Virus record (IMG/VR): IMGVR_UViG_3300030419_004148
Span: 11,526 to 75,525 of that record
Length of the DNA stretch: 64,000 bases
From: a virus
Strand: one strand, 5' to 3'
Part shown: positions 18,502 to 29,637 of the stretch, one piece after another
How positions within the stretch are numbered: position 1 is the first letter of the stretch
How the letters are laid out: each line of letters begins with the position of its first letter
Made by a program: the position numbers and the translations under genes
The notes under the pieces: model-generated
The model's input: the letters and a program-made list of their open reading frames with translations, nothing else
What the model was told of the DNA's origin: nothing
Databases searched by the model: none

Positions 18502-19514
18502 GCCAATATAGGCGGAGATTTATTTACTGTTAGAGTTAACTTAAATTTACCTGCACTAAAATCTATTTTCTTACCTATAACTCTAAAATTACCAGAAATA
18601 TCAGTGTCATCACTTATTATTTCAATAACATCACCTTCATTTAGATACACACCGTCATCACTTGATATTTGATATTCATATTGATTTTTTAAATTTTCAT
18701 CAAATACTTTACGAGCAAAATCCATACATTCAGCTCTACTTTCTAATAATTGATTTTCAACATTAAGAAAGTTTTCACCATAAGCTTCTGCTGCCGAAGA
18801 ATGTCTATAAGTCGCTCGACATTTATTACCTTCAACAGTAATAGTTGTAGGTATTTTTCTATTATTAATTTTAAATGATATCAAATTATCGTAACTATAT
18901 GTTTTAACAGGAATAGTATTGTCTAAATCTGCCATTACCTCAAATTTCAATTGTGTTTTTGTGCCATCATCAAACACACGCATATAATTTTCCCTTGTTA
19001 AATCCGAACTTGTGTTAGCAACTTCTTTTAAAATTGTTTTTATTACATTTAATATAACAATTGAACCCCTTAATGGTTTTACTTGCACGACAGGGTCTGT
19101 ATCTCCAATATAATCTGTTCCTATTACGTCTGATAAATTAGCTAAAGATATCAGTTTAGTTATAGTACCACCCGGACTTAAACCATCTACATTTTTTAAA
19201 GTATCTAAGGTAACCGTAGCTTTTTGATGACCAGTAAGAAAACCAAATCCATCTACAGCAGTAAAAGCCATCCCTATATTATCTACTATCTTATTATCAA
19301 TAATTCTTCCTCTAAAAATAGGAGACGAATCTCTAGAATTAATAAAAACTGTAACTTCTTTATTCCAAAATTTACGAAAAGAAATACCTTGCCCCGGTAT
19401 AGTAAATTTTAATTCACTAGCCGTATTAAATCCTCTACTATGTAAAGTTCCATCAAGAAATTCTACTGATTTTCCTTCAATATGAATTTCAGGAGTATGT
19501 ATTGGCATTAGCAA
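18483..19514 (-). CDS. Tail tip/hub-like protein
   Basis: IFRGRI, GDVI.I..F.V..K hub-like motifs; last gene of the tail module. Confidence 0.6.
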   Translation of the reverse strand: MLMPIHTPEIHIEGKSVEFLDGTLHSRGFNTASELKFTIPGQGISFRKFWNKEVTVFINSRDSSPIFRGRIIDNKIVDNIGMAFTAVDGFGFLTGHQKATVTLDTLKNVDGLSPGGTITKLISLANLSDVIGTDYIGDTDPVVQVKPLRGSIVILNVIKTILKEVANTSSDLTRENYMRVFDDGTKTQLKFEVMADLDNTIPVKTYSYDNLISFKINNRKIPTTITVEGNKCRATYRHSSAAEAYGENFLNVENQLLESRAECMDFARKVFDENLKNQYEYQISSDDGVYLNEGDVIEIISDDTDISGNFRVIGKKIDFSAGKFKLTLTVNKSPPILAQFLVS

Positions 19515-22380
19515 TCCCTCCCAATGGTGTTATTTCAGACATTAAATTACCAACACTATCGAGTAAACATATCTCTTCTACAACCATTGTAAAGGTATAA
19601 GGTTTAGATGCCCTATTTCCACCAACTTGATGAGTTTCTGAAACACCCTCAACAAATCCGAAGAACCTAACATAAGTTCCATCCTTTTGTTTTTCATCCC
19701 ACATTACTCTAACAGCCTCAGCTTCTAACCTTCTTAATTTGTGTAACGTATTATAAGATTTATAATTTTCACTGTAACTAAATGTTGTTTCATCACCCAT
19801 TGCAGTGCCTCCAAAAGATAAAGTTTGAATAGGAGTACCCGTTCTGATAATTGTAACCTTTCCATTTTTAGATATAGCAGAATAATAAGTTCCTGCATAT
19901 GCAACACTTACATTACTAGTAATTTCCATAAAACTTAAATCAAAAGCAGTGTTATCACGTTGCACAATAATTTGAGAATTAGCATTATTATACGGTAATA
20001 CATCCCACATTTCTACACCCGGAGTAGTTCCATCCTCAAAATGACCGCCTGATAATACTACTTTTAGAGGATAAACATCTACAAAATCACTTTGTATAGT
20101 ATTTCTATTAGAATTACCAGACCACATATAAGTATGAGGATAATTACCAGAAGATGCACTTGCCCAAGGAACATCACCCCTTATAGGCGGCCCACTATTC
20201 ACTTTTATTGTACCATCAAAAACCTCATAAGCATTAATTCTACGCATATGCCCATTTAATGCAGTTCCAGAAGTATAACTAATAGGATGTGTCTGACCAC
20301 TTACTAAGAAAATATTATTTGTGGCAGTGTTAGCAGAAGCAACCCAATACATAAGACCATCATTAGCCCCACCCGTTACTTCATAAGTATACCTAAATTG
20401 ACCAATATCGTTACTAGTAAAATCACTAAGACCTGAAGAACTGACTATGATACAATCAAAATGTCCAGAACTATCTGTGTAAGTAGATGCATAGTCACCT
20501 GTTATTATTTTAGAATAAGTATTAGTTGGTTCTGTAACTGGTGTACTACTTCTATTAAATATACCACCAGTTAGTCCTGAAATAGAAACTTTAGACCAAT
20601 CATCAGGCATATCAAACTCTATTGAACCGGGTTTTGCCATAGAATCATTATATTCTATAAATTTAGCATTACTAGCATCCCTTATTTCGCGAGTTACCTT
20701 TGTTGTATCAGTAAATTCTAAAGGAACCCATTTAGCCCATTGTGTAAAGTTTATAGAACCTCCATCAGGTGCTTCATCATACAATGACCCTGTTTTTAAG
20801 TAATAAACACCCGCAACAGTCGTTCCTGTAACAGTAGTAAGTCCAGATACACCTATCTTATTATTTAAATCTCTTGCATATGGACTTGTATTGAAAAATA
20901 TTTTATTTACTTTTTTACTATCAGCAATCAAAAAGTAATTAGAAGCATCTCTTGGGGCATCATTTGTATCTGAAAAGTTTTGTGTATTCCAACCACTTAC
21001 TGGTATTTTTTCAGTTCTTTCATTCTTATAAGTGTTATTACCGACGTTTTGAGTACCGCCCCAAGGTTCATAGGAATCTAAAAATTGTGATTGACCACCA
21101 GCTGCAGTAGCACTTGTAGATACAGTAGGACATATTCTATAAAAGAAATCAAAAGTATCTAACGAACTACCATAACCACCAGATGAAGAAACATTAACTC
21201 GTACTAAATGATTCTGGTCAAAAAATTGATTCCAGTCATTTATAGGAAATTGATTTGATATTATTTTGTCAGTAGACGAAGTATATAAAAATTTATTACC
21301 AGAAGCAAAAGGTTCTTTATCGGCATCTTGTTGTAATCCATCATTTCTAGCCATATAAGTATAAGATAAATCTATAGTATTATCTCCTGTTCGTGTTTTA
21401 TCATCTAACACTCCAGCTGTAGTCATTTGCCACCTATTACCTGATACTTGGAAAAATCCTTTACCATTATCATAATAATATTTACTAATAGATTTATTAG
21501 AAGCCTTAGCTCTACTTTGTGTAAAATCCAATTTAACCTTTCTATCTTCTTCTTTCTTTATTGGGTCACCATTACTGACATAAGTAATAGGATACCAATA
21601 ATTATCTTCATCAGATTTGGCAATTAAAAAAGTCTTAATTTTATTAAAATCATTTACATCAGATTGTGTATCACTAACTAACTTGGCATTCTTTTGTTTA
21701 ACTTCTAAAACACGAGCAACCTGCCCACTAACAGATAATTTTACAGCAGTTCCGGTCACACTAGTTTCTGTCTCATTAACAAAATAATTTACACCATAAT
21801 CAGCATCAGTCGTTGTTGCTGCTGTAGCGTCTGGGTTTTGTAAAAAAGAAGAAACAGCTTCTAAATATTTAACTATTAGAGTAACACCCGTACCACCTGC
21901 GGTATTTCCCGATTCTAATATAGGTGGCCGATATAAATATACATCTTTTGGTCCTTCTTCAAAAATATCATTATCTATACCACTTTTAACTATCTTATTA
22001 TCTACACGCATTATATTAGTGGGTGCACCATCATTTACAGTAACAGGGTTAATATTCGTAACTTGTTCTTTAGGTTTAGGAATTGTCGCTGAAGATGCCA
22101 TATTATTATCATAAAAGAATTTAGATAAAAAACCACTACTATTTACAGTTCTTATTACTGGAAAATAAGTTCCAGCCTTTGTGTAAATGTGTGTCAAAGT
22201 AATAGTTTTATCATCTGTTTTTAATCTTTCCCAGTGATAAATAGCATTATCTAAAGAATTATCCTCTCCATCACCCCAATCAACGTAAACCCAAGATACA
22301 TCATCATCATTAAATGTAAACGTTGCGGTTGTTTCAGTACCAACCGTCACTGTACTCGGACTCCAACTTACAAATACCAT
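19489..22380 (-). CDS. Tail protein with N-terminal PKD-like domain
   Basis: VDWGDG..HIYTKAGTY; distal-tail-like C-terminus. Confidence 0.6.
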   Translation of the reverse strand: MVFVSWSPSTVTVGTETTATFTFNDDDVSWVYVDWGDGEDNSLDNAIYHWERLKTDDKTITLTHIYTKAGTYFPVIRTVNSSGFLSKFFYDNNMASSATIPKPKEQVTNINPVTVNDGAPTNIMRVDNKIVKSGIDNDIFEEGPKDVYLYRPPILESGNTAGGTGVTLIVKYLEAVSSFLQNPDATAATTTDADYGVNYFVNETETSVTGTAVKLSVSGQVARVLEVKQKNAKLVSDTQSDVNDFNKIKTFLIAKSDEDNYWYPITYVSNGDPIKKEEDRKVKLDFTQSRAKASNKSISKYYYDNGKGFFQVSGNRWQMTTAGVLDDKTRTGDNTIDLSYTYMARNDGLQQDADKEPFASGNKFLYTSSTDKIISNQFPINDWNQFFDQNHLVRVNVSSSGGYGSSLDTFDFFYRICPTVSTSATAAGGQSQFLDSYEPWGGTQNVGNNTYKNERTEKIPVSGWNTQNFSDTNDAPRDASNYFLIADSKKVNKIFFNTSPYARDLNNKIGVSGLTTVTGTTVAGVYYLKTGSLYDEAPDGGSINFTQWAKWVPLEFTDTTKVTREIRDASNAKFIEYNDSMAKPGSIEFDMPDDWSKVSISGLTGGIFNRSSTPVTEPTNTYSKIITGDYASTYTDSSGHFDCIIVSSSGLSDFTSNDIGQFRYTYEVTGGANDGLMYWVASANTATNNIFLVSGQTHPISYTSGTALNGHMRRINAYEVFDGTIKVNSGPPIRGDVPWASASSGNYPHTYMWSGNSNRNTIQSDFVDVYPLKVVLSGGHFEDGTTPGVEMWDVLPYNNANSQIIVQRDNTAFDLSFMEITSNVSVAYAGTYYSAISKNGKVTIIRTGTPIQTLSFGGTAMGDETTFSYSENYKSYNTLHKLRRLEAEAVRVMWDEKQKDGTYVRFFGFVEGVSETHQVGGNRASKPYTFTMVVEEICLLDSVGNLMSEITPLGGIANANTYS

Positions 22381-22381
22381 A

Positions 22382-25300
22382 TTAACCTCCTGTCACCTTC
22401 CACGCTGCTATGTTAGATGTGCCCACTAAATTAGGGTTTCCACCCCTTATATTATGATAATCATAGGCAAACATCCTTGCATTATAATTATAAGAAACAC
22501 CATTATTTAAATCAGGTAAATGTGATGTTGAAATACGACAACTCTTTGCATTAGGAGCCATATATGCCATTTTAGTATGGAATGTACATTCTTCAATAAA
22601 ACCACCATAATTACTACTAGCAGGAGTGCCACCAAAATAAACAGCACCTGACGTAGTCATAGAAGCAGTATAATCCGCAGTGTCTTCTAATTTACTATTA
22701 ACATATAATTTAAGATTATTAGCTTCTAAATTTTTATTATAAGTAAGAACTACAGATAATGGTTCTTGTGAGTCACAAGCATAATATGTAGAACTTGAGA
22801 CTGTAACAGCTCTATTATTAAGTTGAGCCAAAACTGCCTTTGTATCTTCATTAATATATATTCTCATTGCTTCACCACTGGCTCCAGAAACACAAACAGC
22901 AGTCATATCACTTGAACCTGTTAATTGAGGAACTAAATGTACTACCGCTGTCATTTCATCTGTATCAGCTATAGTAACTTCTGTTGAACTACTTATAGTC
23001 AATGAACCATCAAAATAACTACCATAACCTTGGAAACCTGTTAATTTCGGAACATTAGTACCAGCTAAATTAACCCAAGATGATGAATCTGAATAATCTG
23101 TTTTATATTTCACAGTCGTTGTATTACCACTTAAAGGTGCCCAAAAAGCTAAACTATGATATTTATTAGTTATATATTTGTTATCTACCCAAATTAATCT
23201 ATACCAAATATCTTTATCTTTTTCTTCCCAAGTAAATAATACATCTGTTGAAGCTTGATTTTCTGAAGCTATATCCATTCTAACGTTATCATTTAAGAAA
23301 TTTTGAACCGGATTAACTTCAAAATCAGTAATGACAGGCACATTATCTTTAATTCCATATACTAACTTAGCTCCATTAGCCGTGTTATCACCCGTTCTAA
23401 TATTAACACTGTATTCAGCAAGATTTGTATCATAATCTGGGAAAGATGGTTTTACAATAAAATTAAAAACGTCTCCTTGTTTTGGGTTTACAGTTAAAGC
23501 ATAGTTCGATAAATCAAAATAATTATGTCCTGCTCGTAACCAATCTCTTCTTATATAACCTAAATTATTAGGATTTTTAGTTCTATCCTCCGGTTTACCA
23601 AAACCATAATCATTACTTAAATCAACAATAGTAGTTCCATCACTATTATCAAAATCAATTAAATGTCTATTAGCATAAATACCATCATTAAATAGGTATT
23701 CATTCCAAGTAGTCCCTAAAGTAGAACCAGAATTAGAGGTAGGCAATACAGATTTATATGTTCTACCTTGTAAAAACGTAGTTGTATTACCTGTAGCATC
23801 TAAATTTTCAAAAGAATGACCATAAGACGCACCAGATGTATTTACTATCGCCAAATTTAACCAATATTTATAAGGACTAATAAGTATTTGACTAGCTTCT
23901 GTTAAACCAGAAGTAGCATACGCCCAATTACCCCGCATATAAGAATCTGTATTTGCGTCATCTGAATACAATGACCTTGTTAAATAAATAGTGTTACCAT
24001 TTCTAGGTTTAGATTGGGTCATTGCTCTTCCAGATGGTCCAGCATCCTCACTATGAGCTGCATATCCTACAGAACCCGTTCCTTGTTTAAATTTACTATA
24101 AGAAGCATAACCTCCTTGTCTGTTAGAATCTACTTCAGCAACAAATTGAGTATCATAAGGCACATCAAATATTTCTGGTTTATCCACAGTAATCGTTTTA
24201 CCTTCATCACTGATAGTCAACACACGAGCTGCGTGTAATGGATTACCAGTCTTCCTCCATAAATTACTTGCAGAATCAGGCACCCAATCTTGTTGGATAT
24301 AAAAAGAACCTTTCTGTGTAAATCTATCAACACTATTAGAGTAATACCCTAATCGAATGTTATCTGCGGCTCCAGAACCTACTGTCATATTGTCCCAGAA
24401 AACACCTTGTTTACCACCACTTAATGTATATTTTGTATCTGTAAAATAACCACCAGATATAAATTGTATTTGTTTAATGTCCCTGTCATCCGCAGCTACA
24501 AAATCATTAAAGAATAAATAAGAGCCACTAACAGAACCACTACTATCAAACCCAAAAGAAAGATAACTAGAGGTCATCGTTTCATTGTGACCAAAATAGT
24601 TAGCTCCAGATATAGCGTCACCTAAGCTTACAGTACTATTACTTACTTCTATACCCCTTACTAATGGTGTCGAAGGTATCATAATAGGCGAAACAGGTGT
24701 ATTTTCGATACACATTGTTGTGTTAGATGTATTTGTATTCCAACCGTAAAAGGATATATTATCTATATACACTGACTGTTCTTTATCATCATTATCATAA
24801 GTATCAACTAATGTATAACCATTATTAATATAATTAGTACTATTAATAGCAGTTACTTCGTTAATAGCTCGCATATTTGTTTGAAAAAATGTCAGATTTT
24901 CTGTCCATAATTTAGCTATATTAGTAGTAGTGGCGACTTTTAGCTCAGAATATTTACCCTCAGTACTACCACTATCAGTAAGACCTTCAAAATAAGCTAA
25001 TACTCGACCTCCACTTGCATTAGTATTCATATCTAATTTAATTCTTAAATTAAACCAAGTATCAAAAGGTATTCGAGTGTGATAATCACTAGCTATAATA
25101 TCTGTCCAATTACCACTAACGCATAATTGCCCTGAATCTCCTCCATTCCTATATAAATCGTGAGCGCCAACTCCTATGACATCAATCATCCCTGTAGAAC
25201 GCCTATTACCGGTCACTTCAGGTTGTTGATAAAGAAATGTAATACAAGGGTCAAATGCAGAAGTTCCGTCACGCCAAGTAGCAAAAGATACTCCGGGTGC

Positions 25301-26698
25301 AGGAGGTCTTCTAGTTAAAGCTATAGTAAAACTTCTATCTAAACCTACACCCCTATCTGTATCATAATTAGAACCAGTATATTGTGTTGTAGCCAAAGGC
25401 ATTTTTGCAATTTTCATTCTTATCTGAATTTCAGGACCAAATGATAATCTATCCATTCCGGGTTTTGTTACATCTTGAACATTAGGTCTAGGAATACCAG
25501 CGATACACGCTATAGTACTTTGTGGAGCCGGCATAGTATAAGGACTTCCTCCAGTAGCGTCTGCATTTCTACCAAAAGGATTAGCAACATCAGCGTATAC
25601 TGCTCCTGAGGTAGCACCGCTGTAATTTTCCCAAAATTGTTTCATATGTAAAACATAACCATCAGTTGAACTATCATTTTGTTCTAAATTAGCGTAAGAA
25701 TAAGCAACGAAATGTTCACTATTTCCAGCTCCTTCTAATGTTTGGTCTTTAATATCACGTTGGTCAGGTGAAGTTTGTATATAAGAAAACATAGAATTAT
25801 CACTTGATAATTTAGACATATAATTTTCGTCAAATAAATTAAAAGCATAATTAGATTCAGCTCTCATAGGAGCATCTGACCAAGCACCAGCTGCTATCCA
25901 ATCAGCTCTAGTTCCATAATGGGATAACTGTGCAATATCTTCACCAAAATGTAGTGGTGCTGCAGATTCATCAGCTCTATAAAACCCATTATCATATTTT
26001 CTCAAAATTATAGTAGGGTTTGTATCTATATCTGTCCCAGCAACCATATTAATACTATCAGCAACAATATCAATCCCTGCATTAGCATATTTATTATTAA
26101 ATATGCCATTTAATAGCATATTAGTCGGGTCTCGATGTTCATTAGATAAATCACTACCCGGAGTTTCGTGTAATTTAGAAACAAAAGCCATCCAATCTCT
26201 CTTTTTTATTTTAAGCACACCGAATCTAGTATCGTGTGATGGTGCAAGTATAGAATCTGGTCCTTTTCCAAAATATTTACCTTGACCATCAAAATCTTCT
26301 ACTTTCCAAGGCGTACCAAATTGATAATAAGAAGAATAAACAATAGGCGCACCAACTGTTGCTGTAGCATCAGCTAAATTACCTTCAGTAAGACTTATAT
26401 TTTTTCTTAAAGCATATACATCAAAAAAAGGTGCTGTTTGTTCATTTTCTACATCAACAGAGTTTGCATAAGTATAAAGAAACATCTGCCTAATATCATC
26501 TATAGAACCGTATGGCACATCAGCACTTGTTACAACTTGTTCTTTAGCTAAATAATATGTTCTATTAGGACCATTACTTAAAGTCCCACTAGTACCAAGC
26601 CCAAAAAATGTGTCAGGATATCTAGAATCTATAATAATATCATCTTGGATTGTTTTTTCCCTATAAAATACATTTGGTTCTACTGTTATATCTTGCAT
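22382..26698 (-). CDS. Large minor tail protein with C-terminal LamG-like domain
   Basis: Follows the tape measure; VVLTY..LKLYVN..YGGFIEE. Confidence 0.6.
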   Translation of the reverse strand: MQDITVEPNVFYREKTIQDDIIIDSRYPDTFFGLGTSGTLSNGPNRTYYLAKEQVVTSADVPYGSIDDIRQMFLYTYANSVDVENEQTAPFFDVYALRKNISLTEGNLADATATVGAPIVYSSYYQFGTPWKVEDFDGQGKYFGKGPDSILAPSHDTRFGVLKIKKRDWMAFVSKLHETPGSDLSNEHRDPTNMLLNGIFNNKYANAGIDIVADSINMVAGTDIDTNPTIILRKYDNGFYRADESAAPLHFGEDIAQLSHYGTRADWIAAGAWSDAPMRAESNYAFNLFDENYMSKLSSDNSMFSYIQTSPDQRDIKDQTLEGAGNSEHFVAYSYANLEQNDSSTDGYVLHMKQFWENYSGATSGAVYADVANPFGRNADATGGSPYTMPAPQSTIACIAGIPRPNVQDVTKPGMDRLSFGPEIQIRMKIAKMPLATTQYTGSNYDTDRGVGLDRSFTIALTRRPPAPGVSFATWRDGTSAFDPCITFLYQQPEVTGNRRSTGMIDVIGVGAHDLYRNGGDSGQLCVSGNWTDIIASDYHTRIPFDTWFNLRIKLDMNTNASGGRVLAYFEGLTDSGSTEGKYSELKVATTTNIAKLWTENLTFFQTNMRAINEVTAINSTNYINNGYTLVDTYDNDDKEQSVYIDNISFYGWNTNTSNTTMCIENTPVSPIMIPSTPLVRGIEVSNSTVSLGDAISGANYFGHNETMTSSYLSFGFDSSGSVSGSYLFFNDFVAADDRDIKQIQFISGGYFTDTKYTLSGGKQGVFWDNMTVGSGAADNIRLGYYSNSVDRFTQKGSFYIQQDWVPDSASNLWRKTGNPLHAARVLTISDEGKTITVDKPEIFDVPYDTQFVAEVDSNRQGGYASYSKFKQGTGSVGYAAHSEDAGPSGRAMTQSKPRNGNTIYLTRSLYSDDANTDSYMRGNWAYATSGLTEASQILISPYKYWLNLAIVNTSGASYGHSFENLDATGNTTTFLQGRTYKSVLPTSNSGSTLGTTWNEYLFNDGIYANRHLIDFDNSDGTTIVDLSNDYGFGKPEDRTKNPNNLGYIRRDWLRAGHNYFDLSNYALTVNPKQGDVFNFIVKPSFPDYDTNLAEYSVNIRTGDNTANGAKLVYGIKDNVPVITDFEVNPVQNFLNDNVRMDIASENQASTDVLFTWEEKDKDIWYRLIWVDNKYITNKYHSLAFWAPLSGNTTTVKYKTDYSDSSSWVNLAGTNVPKLTGFQGYGSYFDGSLTISSSTEVTIADTDEMTAVVHLVPQLTGSSDMTAVCVSGASGEAMRIYINEDTKAVLAQLNNRAVTVSSSTYYACDSQEPLSVVLTYNKNLEANNLKLYVNSKLEDTADYTASMTTSGAVYFGGTPASSNYGGFIEECTFHTKMAYMAPNAKSCRISTSHLPDLNNGVSYNYNARMFAYDYHNIRGGNPNLVGTSNIAAWKVTGG

Positions 26699-26708
26699 TT
26701 ATTATCCC

Positions 26709-28961
26709 TCACGTTGCAAATTGAGCACTGTTTAGTGCTTCATTTAAATTGTCTGTTCTAAAGTTAGCGGTGTCTACATTTAAAGTTGTCGTTCCCATTC
26801 CAGTATTTGAAGCGAATGCTGCTCCGCTTTCACTTACAGAATTTAAATAAGCATCATAGCTACTACCACCTTGACCTGCATCAGGAGTATATCCTGTTTC
26901 TGCTGCACCGACAGTTGTAGCTCCTAAAGCCATCATTCCAAGACCAGCTTTAGCAATTGGGAATCCTAATCCAATACCAAGGATTCCTCCTGCAATCATT
27001 ACTGGATTCATAGTAGCAATACCAGCTATAAGTGCACCTATTGGAGCAAGTACACCAAGAAGTATTAAACCCGCTCCAATTAACATTTCAAAATAACCAA
27101 TTGTTTTCATCATCTCTGTATTTCCACCAACTAAATTATAAGTCCAATCTACTAGAGCAGTAGTAAGCATAACATACATTGCACCTGTTAAACCTACCAT
27201 TTTAGATAATACAAAGAATTCAAAAGCAACACCTCTAAGAGATTCAGGTAACAAAGTCATTGCACCTACTATTAAATTTAAAGGAATGAATAAATAATCT
27301 AAAACTCTAGTCAAATTTGTACTCTCTGTACTTAAAGAAGCTATCCAATCTAATAACTTAGATAACAAATCGTTCAATTTTGTAACAAACCTAGTTGCAA
27401 TATCTCTTAATTGAAATCCAAATTCAGACAAAATAACAGTTCCATCTTCTAATGTAATAACAAATTTCTCTCTAACCATCTGTACTAAATCTAAAAGAGC
27501 TTTATGAAAACTATTAGCCCCCATTGTTCCGTCTTTTTGGACTTCTCCGTATAAAAAGGCAGCCATAATAGCATTTTTAGTAATTATAATTTGATTAGAT
27601 AAAGATTCCATTTGTTTATCTGCCATTATTGTAGCATCGCCCTGTGCATTAGCAATCTCTTCTGTTATTCGAGCATATTCTTCGTGATTTTGTATTAAAT
27701 GAACAAAAGCAGTAGCACCACGAACGTTTAAATCTTCAATTAAAGTGGTTAATAATGCTGTATCATTTGAGGCTGCACCAAAATGCTCTGCAAAATTTGC
27801 TGCAATTTCAGTTAATTGTAACATATTACCTTCAGCATCAGTAATTGATATGCCCATCTCTTGGAATCTACGTGTATTTTCACCCAAACTTTCTGCTAAT
27901 TCAGCTATACCTTGTCTTAAACCACGACCTGCAATACCAGCTTCCAAAGCACGGTCCGTTAGAATAGCTAAACCTCCAAACAATTGTTCTACTTCTTGAT
28001 TAGTAGCAGCAAAGAAAGGCATTGCGAATTTAACAGCTGCTGCTAAATCTTGCCATTCAATCAAAGACTTGTTAATTGTAATAGCGAACATATCAGCTAA
28101 TTTAGCAGATTCACTAAATTCCATATTGTAACCTTTGATAACTTGAATTAACAATTTACCAAGAGTTTCTGAATCACCTTGTACAGCCATAGATAATTTC
28201 ATAACATCCGCAAGGATTTGTTGAGATTCAGCTGCACTTAAACCAGCAGAAGCAAATTGATACAATGCTGAAGACATATTTTCATATGTTAAAGCGTAAT
28301 TTAAACCAGTATTAACAACTTCATTAGATATACTATATAATTCATCATTACTTACTTGAAAAATAGAATTAGCATTAACAAGTTCATTTTCATATTCAAT
28401 TAAACTGCGTGCTACAGTTTGAACTTGAAATCCAAGTGTTGTTAAACCCATTACAGAGACTGAAACGGATTGATTAAACATCCGCAAAGCGCCCTCTGTT
28501 ATCTGTCTTACTCTTGTTTCAAAACGGTCAAAATAATCATCTATAGTAGGTAAACCTTGAGCTTCCATAGCTCCTAAAACATCTTGGTATTGCTTTAACG
28601 ATTTTGCGCCCTGTGTTCGACGACTTTGATATATATCAGCATCTAAATCTTTACTAATTTTTTTTAATTTACCACCCAACATTTCATCCATAGCTTTTAA
28701 TTCTTTTTGTAAAGCTTGGATGTCCTCATTAGCGCCCGTTTGATTAGCCTTTCTTGATAATAATTGAGCAGTTAATAATCTTTTTCTTAATTCACCTTCT
28801 TGTTTTTTATTAGTTTTCTTTGTTTCTTTTAAACCTAATTCACTAATTTTTCTAGCCCCTAACCCAAAATCTCGAGCCATTTTATTATAAGATGATTTAG
28901 GTGGAAGTAAAAGTCTTAATCCTACATTACCCATAAAGAGGGTGCCTAGAAACCCTGCCAT
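26709..28961 (-). CDS. Tail tape measure protein
   Basis: TP901-type core (ALYQFASAG, AGIAGRGLRQ), helical, hydrophobic C-terminal segments. Confidence 0.9.
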   Translation of the reverse strand: MAGFLGTLFMGNVGLRLLLPPKSSYNKMARDFGLGARKISELGLKETKKTNKKQEGELRKRLLTAQLLSRKANQTGANEDIQALQKELKAMDEMLGGKLKKISKDLDADIYQSRRTQGAKSLKQYQDVLGAMEAQGLPTIDDYFDRFETRVRQITEGALRMFNQSVSVSVMGLTTLGFQVQTVARSLIEYENELVNANSIFQVSNDELYSISNEVVNTGLNYALTYENMSSALYQFASAGLSAAESQQILADVMKLSMAVQGDSETLGKLLIQVIKGYNMEFSESAKLADMFAITINKSLIEWQDLAAAVKFAMPFFAATNQEVEQLFGGLAILTDRALEAGIAGRGLRQGIAELAESLGENTRRFQEMGISITDAEGNMLQLTEIAANFAEHFGAASNDTALLTTLIEDLNVRGATAFVHLIQNHEEYARITEEIANAQGDATIMADKQMESLSNQIIITKNAIMAAFLYGEVQKDGTMGANSFHKALLDLVQMVREKFVITLEDGTVILSEFGFQLRDIATRFVTKLNDLLSKLLDWIASLSTESTNLTRVLDYLFIPLNLIVGAMTLLPESLRGVAFEFFVLSKMVGLTGAMYVMLTTALVDWTYNLVGGNTEMMKTIGYFEMLIGAGLILLGVLAPIGALIAGIATMNPVMIAGGILGIGLGFPIAKAGLGMMALGATTVGAAETGYTPDAGQGGSSYDAYLNSVSESGAAFASNTGMGTTTLNVDTANFRTDNLNEALNSAQFAT

Positions 28962-28963
28962 CG

Positions 28964-29254
28964 TTATAATAAATCTCTAAATGATTTTTTCTTCTCCTTA
29001 GCTGTTTTATAATATTTTCGTTTCTTTTCTAGATATCGGGCATACTGACCCCTAATTTCGGGCCTATTTTTTGCCATACTACTAATATCTTTTTCATTAT
29101 AACCATCTAGAGAGTGAAGTTGTTGATATTCAGTATAAGCTATTAGAATACCTTCTAACTCTCTTCGTGGCGTTCGCTTTATTTCTTCCCAAGATAAACC
29201 TAGGTCTTTCATTAATGGGATGTAAAGAAGTACCGGTTCAGGTGCCTCTCTCAT
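28964..29254 (-). CDS. Tail assembly chaperone, gpT-like portion (reached by -1 frameshift)
   Basis: Lies between the chaperone and TMP; -1 frame is open back to the slippery site. Confidence 0.75.
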   Translation of the reverse strand: MREAPEPVLLYIPLMKDLGLSWEEIKRTPRRELEGILIAYTEYQQLHSLDGYNEKDISSMAKNRPEIRGQYARYLEKKRKYYKTAKEKKKSFRDLL

Positions 29255-29619
29255 CCAGTAATAAAATTTTCAGTCGCTTCCTGTTGATAAGCTAATATCT
29301 CAGATGTTACTAGATATCGTAGAGTTAATGGAATATCAGACCAATTGTCTGAAGTTATGGTTACACCTTCGGGATTTTTAGTGTTAGCTTTTCCTATCAT
29401 AGCTAAAATCCTTTCAGTTCCAGTTTCAGTAGCCCAATCCTGCTGTTCTTGGTCTGTTGCAGTCTTAGGTAATGCCTTAAGATTAGGTTCTTCCTTTTCT
29501 GTTAATTCACAGTACTGAAAGTTAAAATCCTTTCCTCTGTAATTAACTGAACCTGTTTGCACTTCGTCAGTTAATTCTACTAGCTCTTCGATTGTCCATA
29601 CATTTGCTTCTTCGCTCAT
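29251..29619 (-). CDS. Tail assembly chaperone, gpG-like
   Basis: Position after the tail tubes; GAGGTGA RBS before ATG 29619; ends ENFITG. Confidence 0.75.
   Translation of the reverse strand: MSEEANVWTIEELVELTDEVQTGSVNYRGKDFNFQYCELTEKEEPNLKALPKTATDQEQQDWATETGTERILAMIGKANTKNPEGVTITSDNWSDIPLTLRYLVTSEILAYQQEATENFITG
29263..29269 (-). other. -1 programmed ribosomal frameshift site A AAT TTT
   Basis: X XXY YYZ heptamer three codons before the stop; -1 frame reads YYWMREAP. Confidence 0.75.
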
Positions 29620-29637
29620 TATGTTCACCTCTATTCA

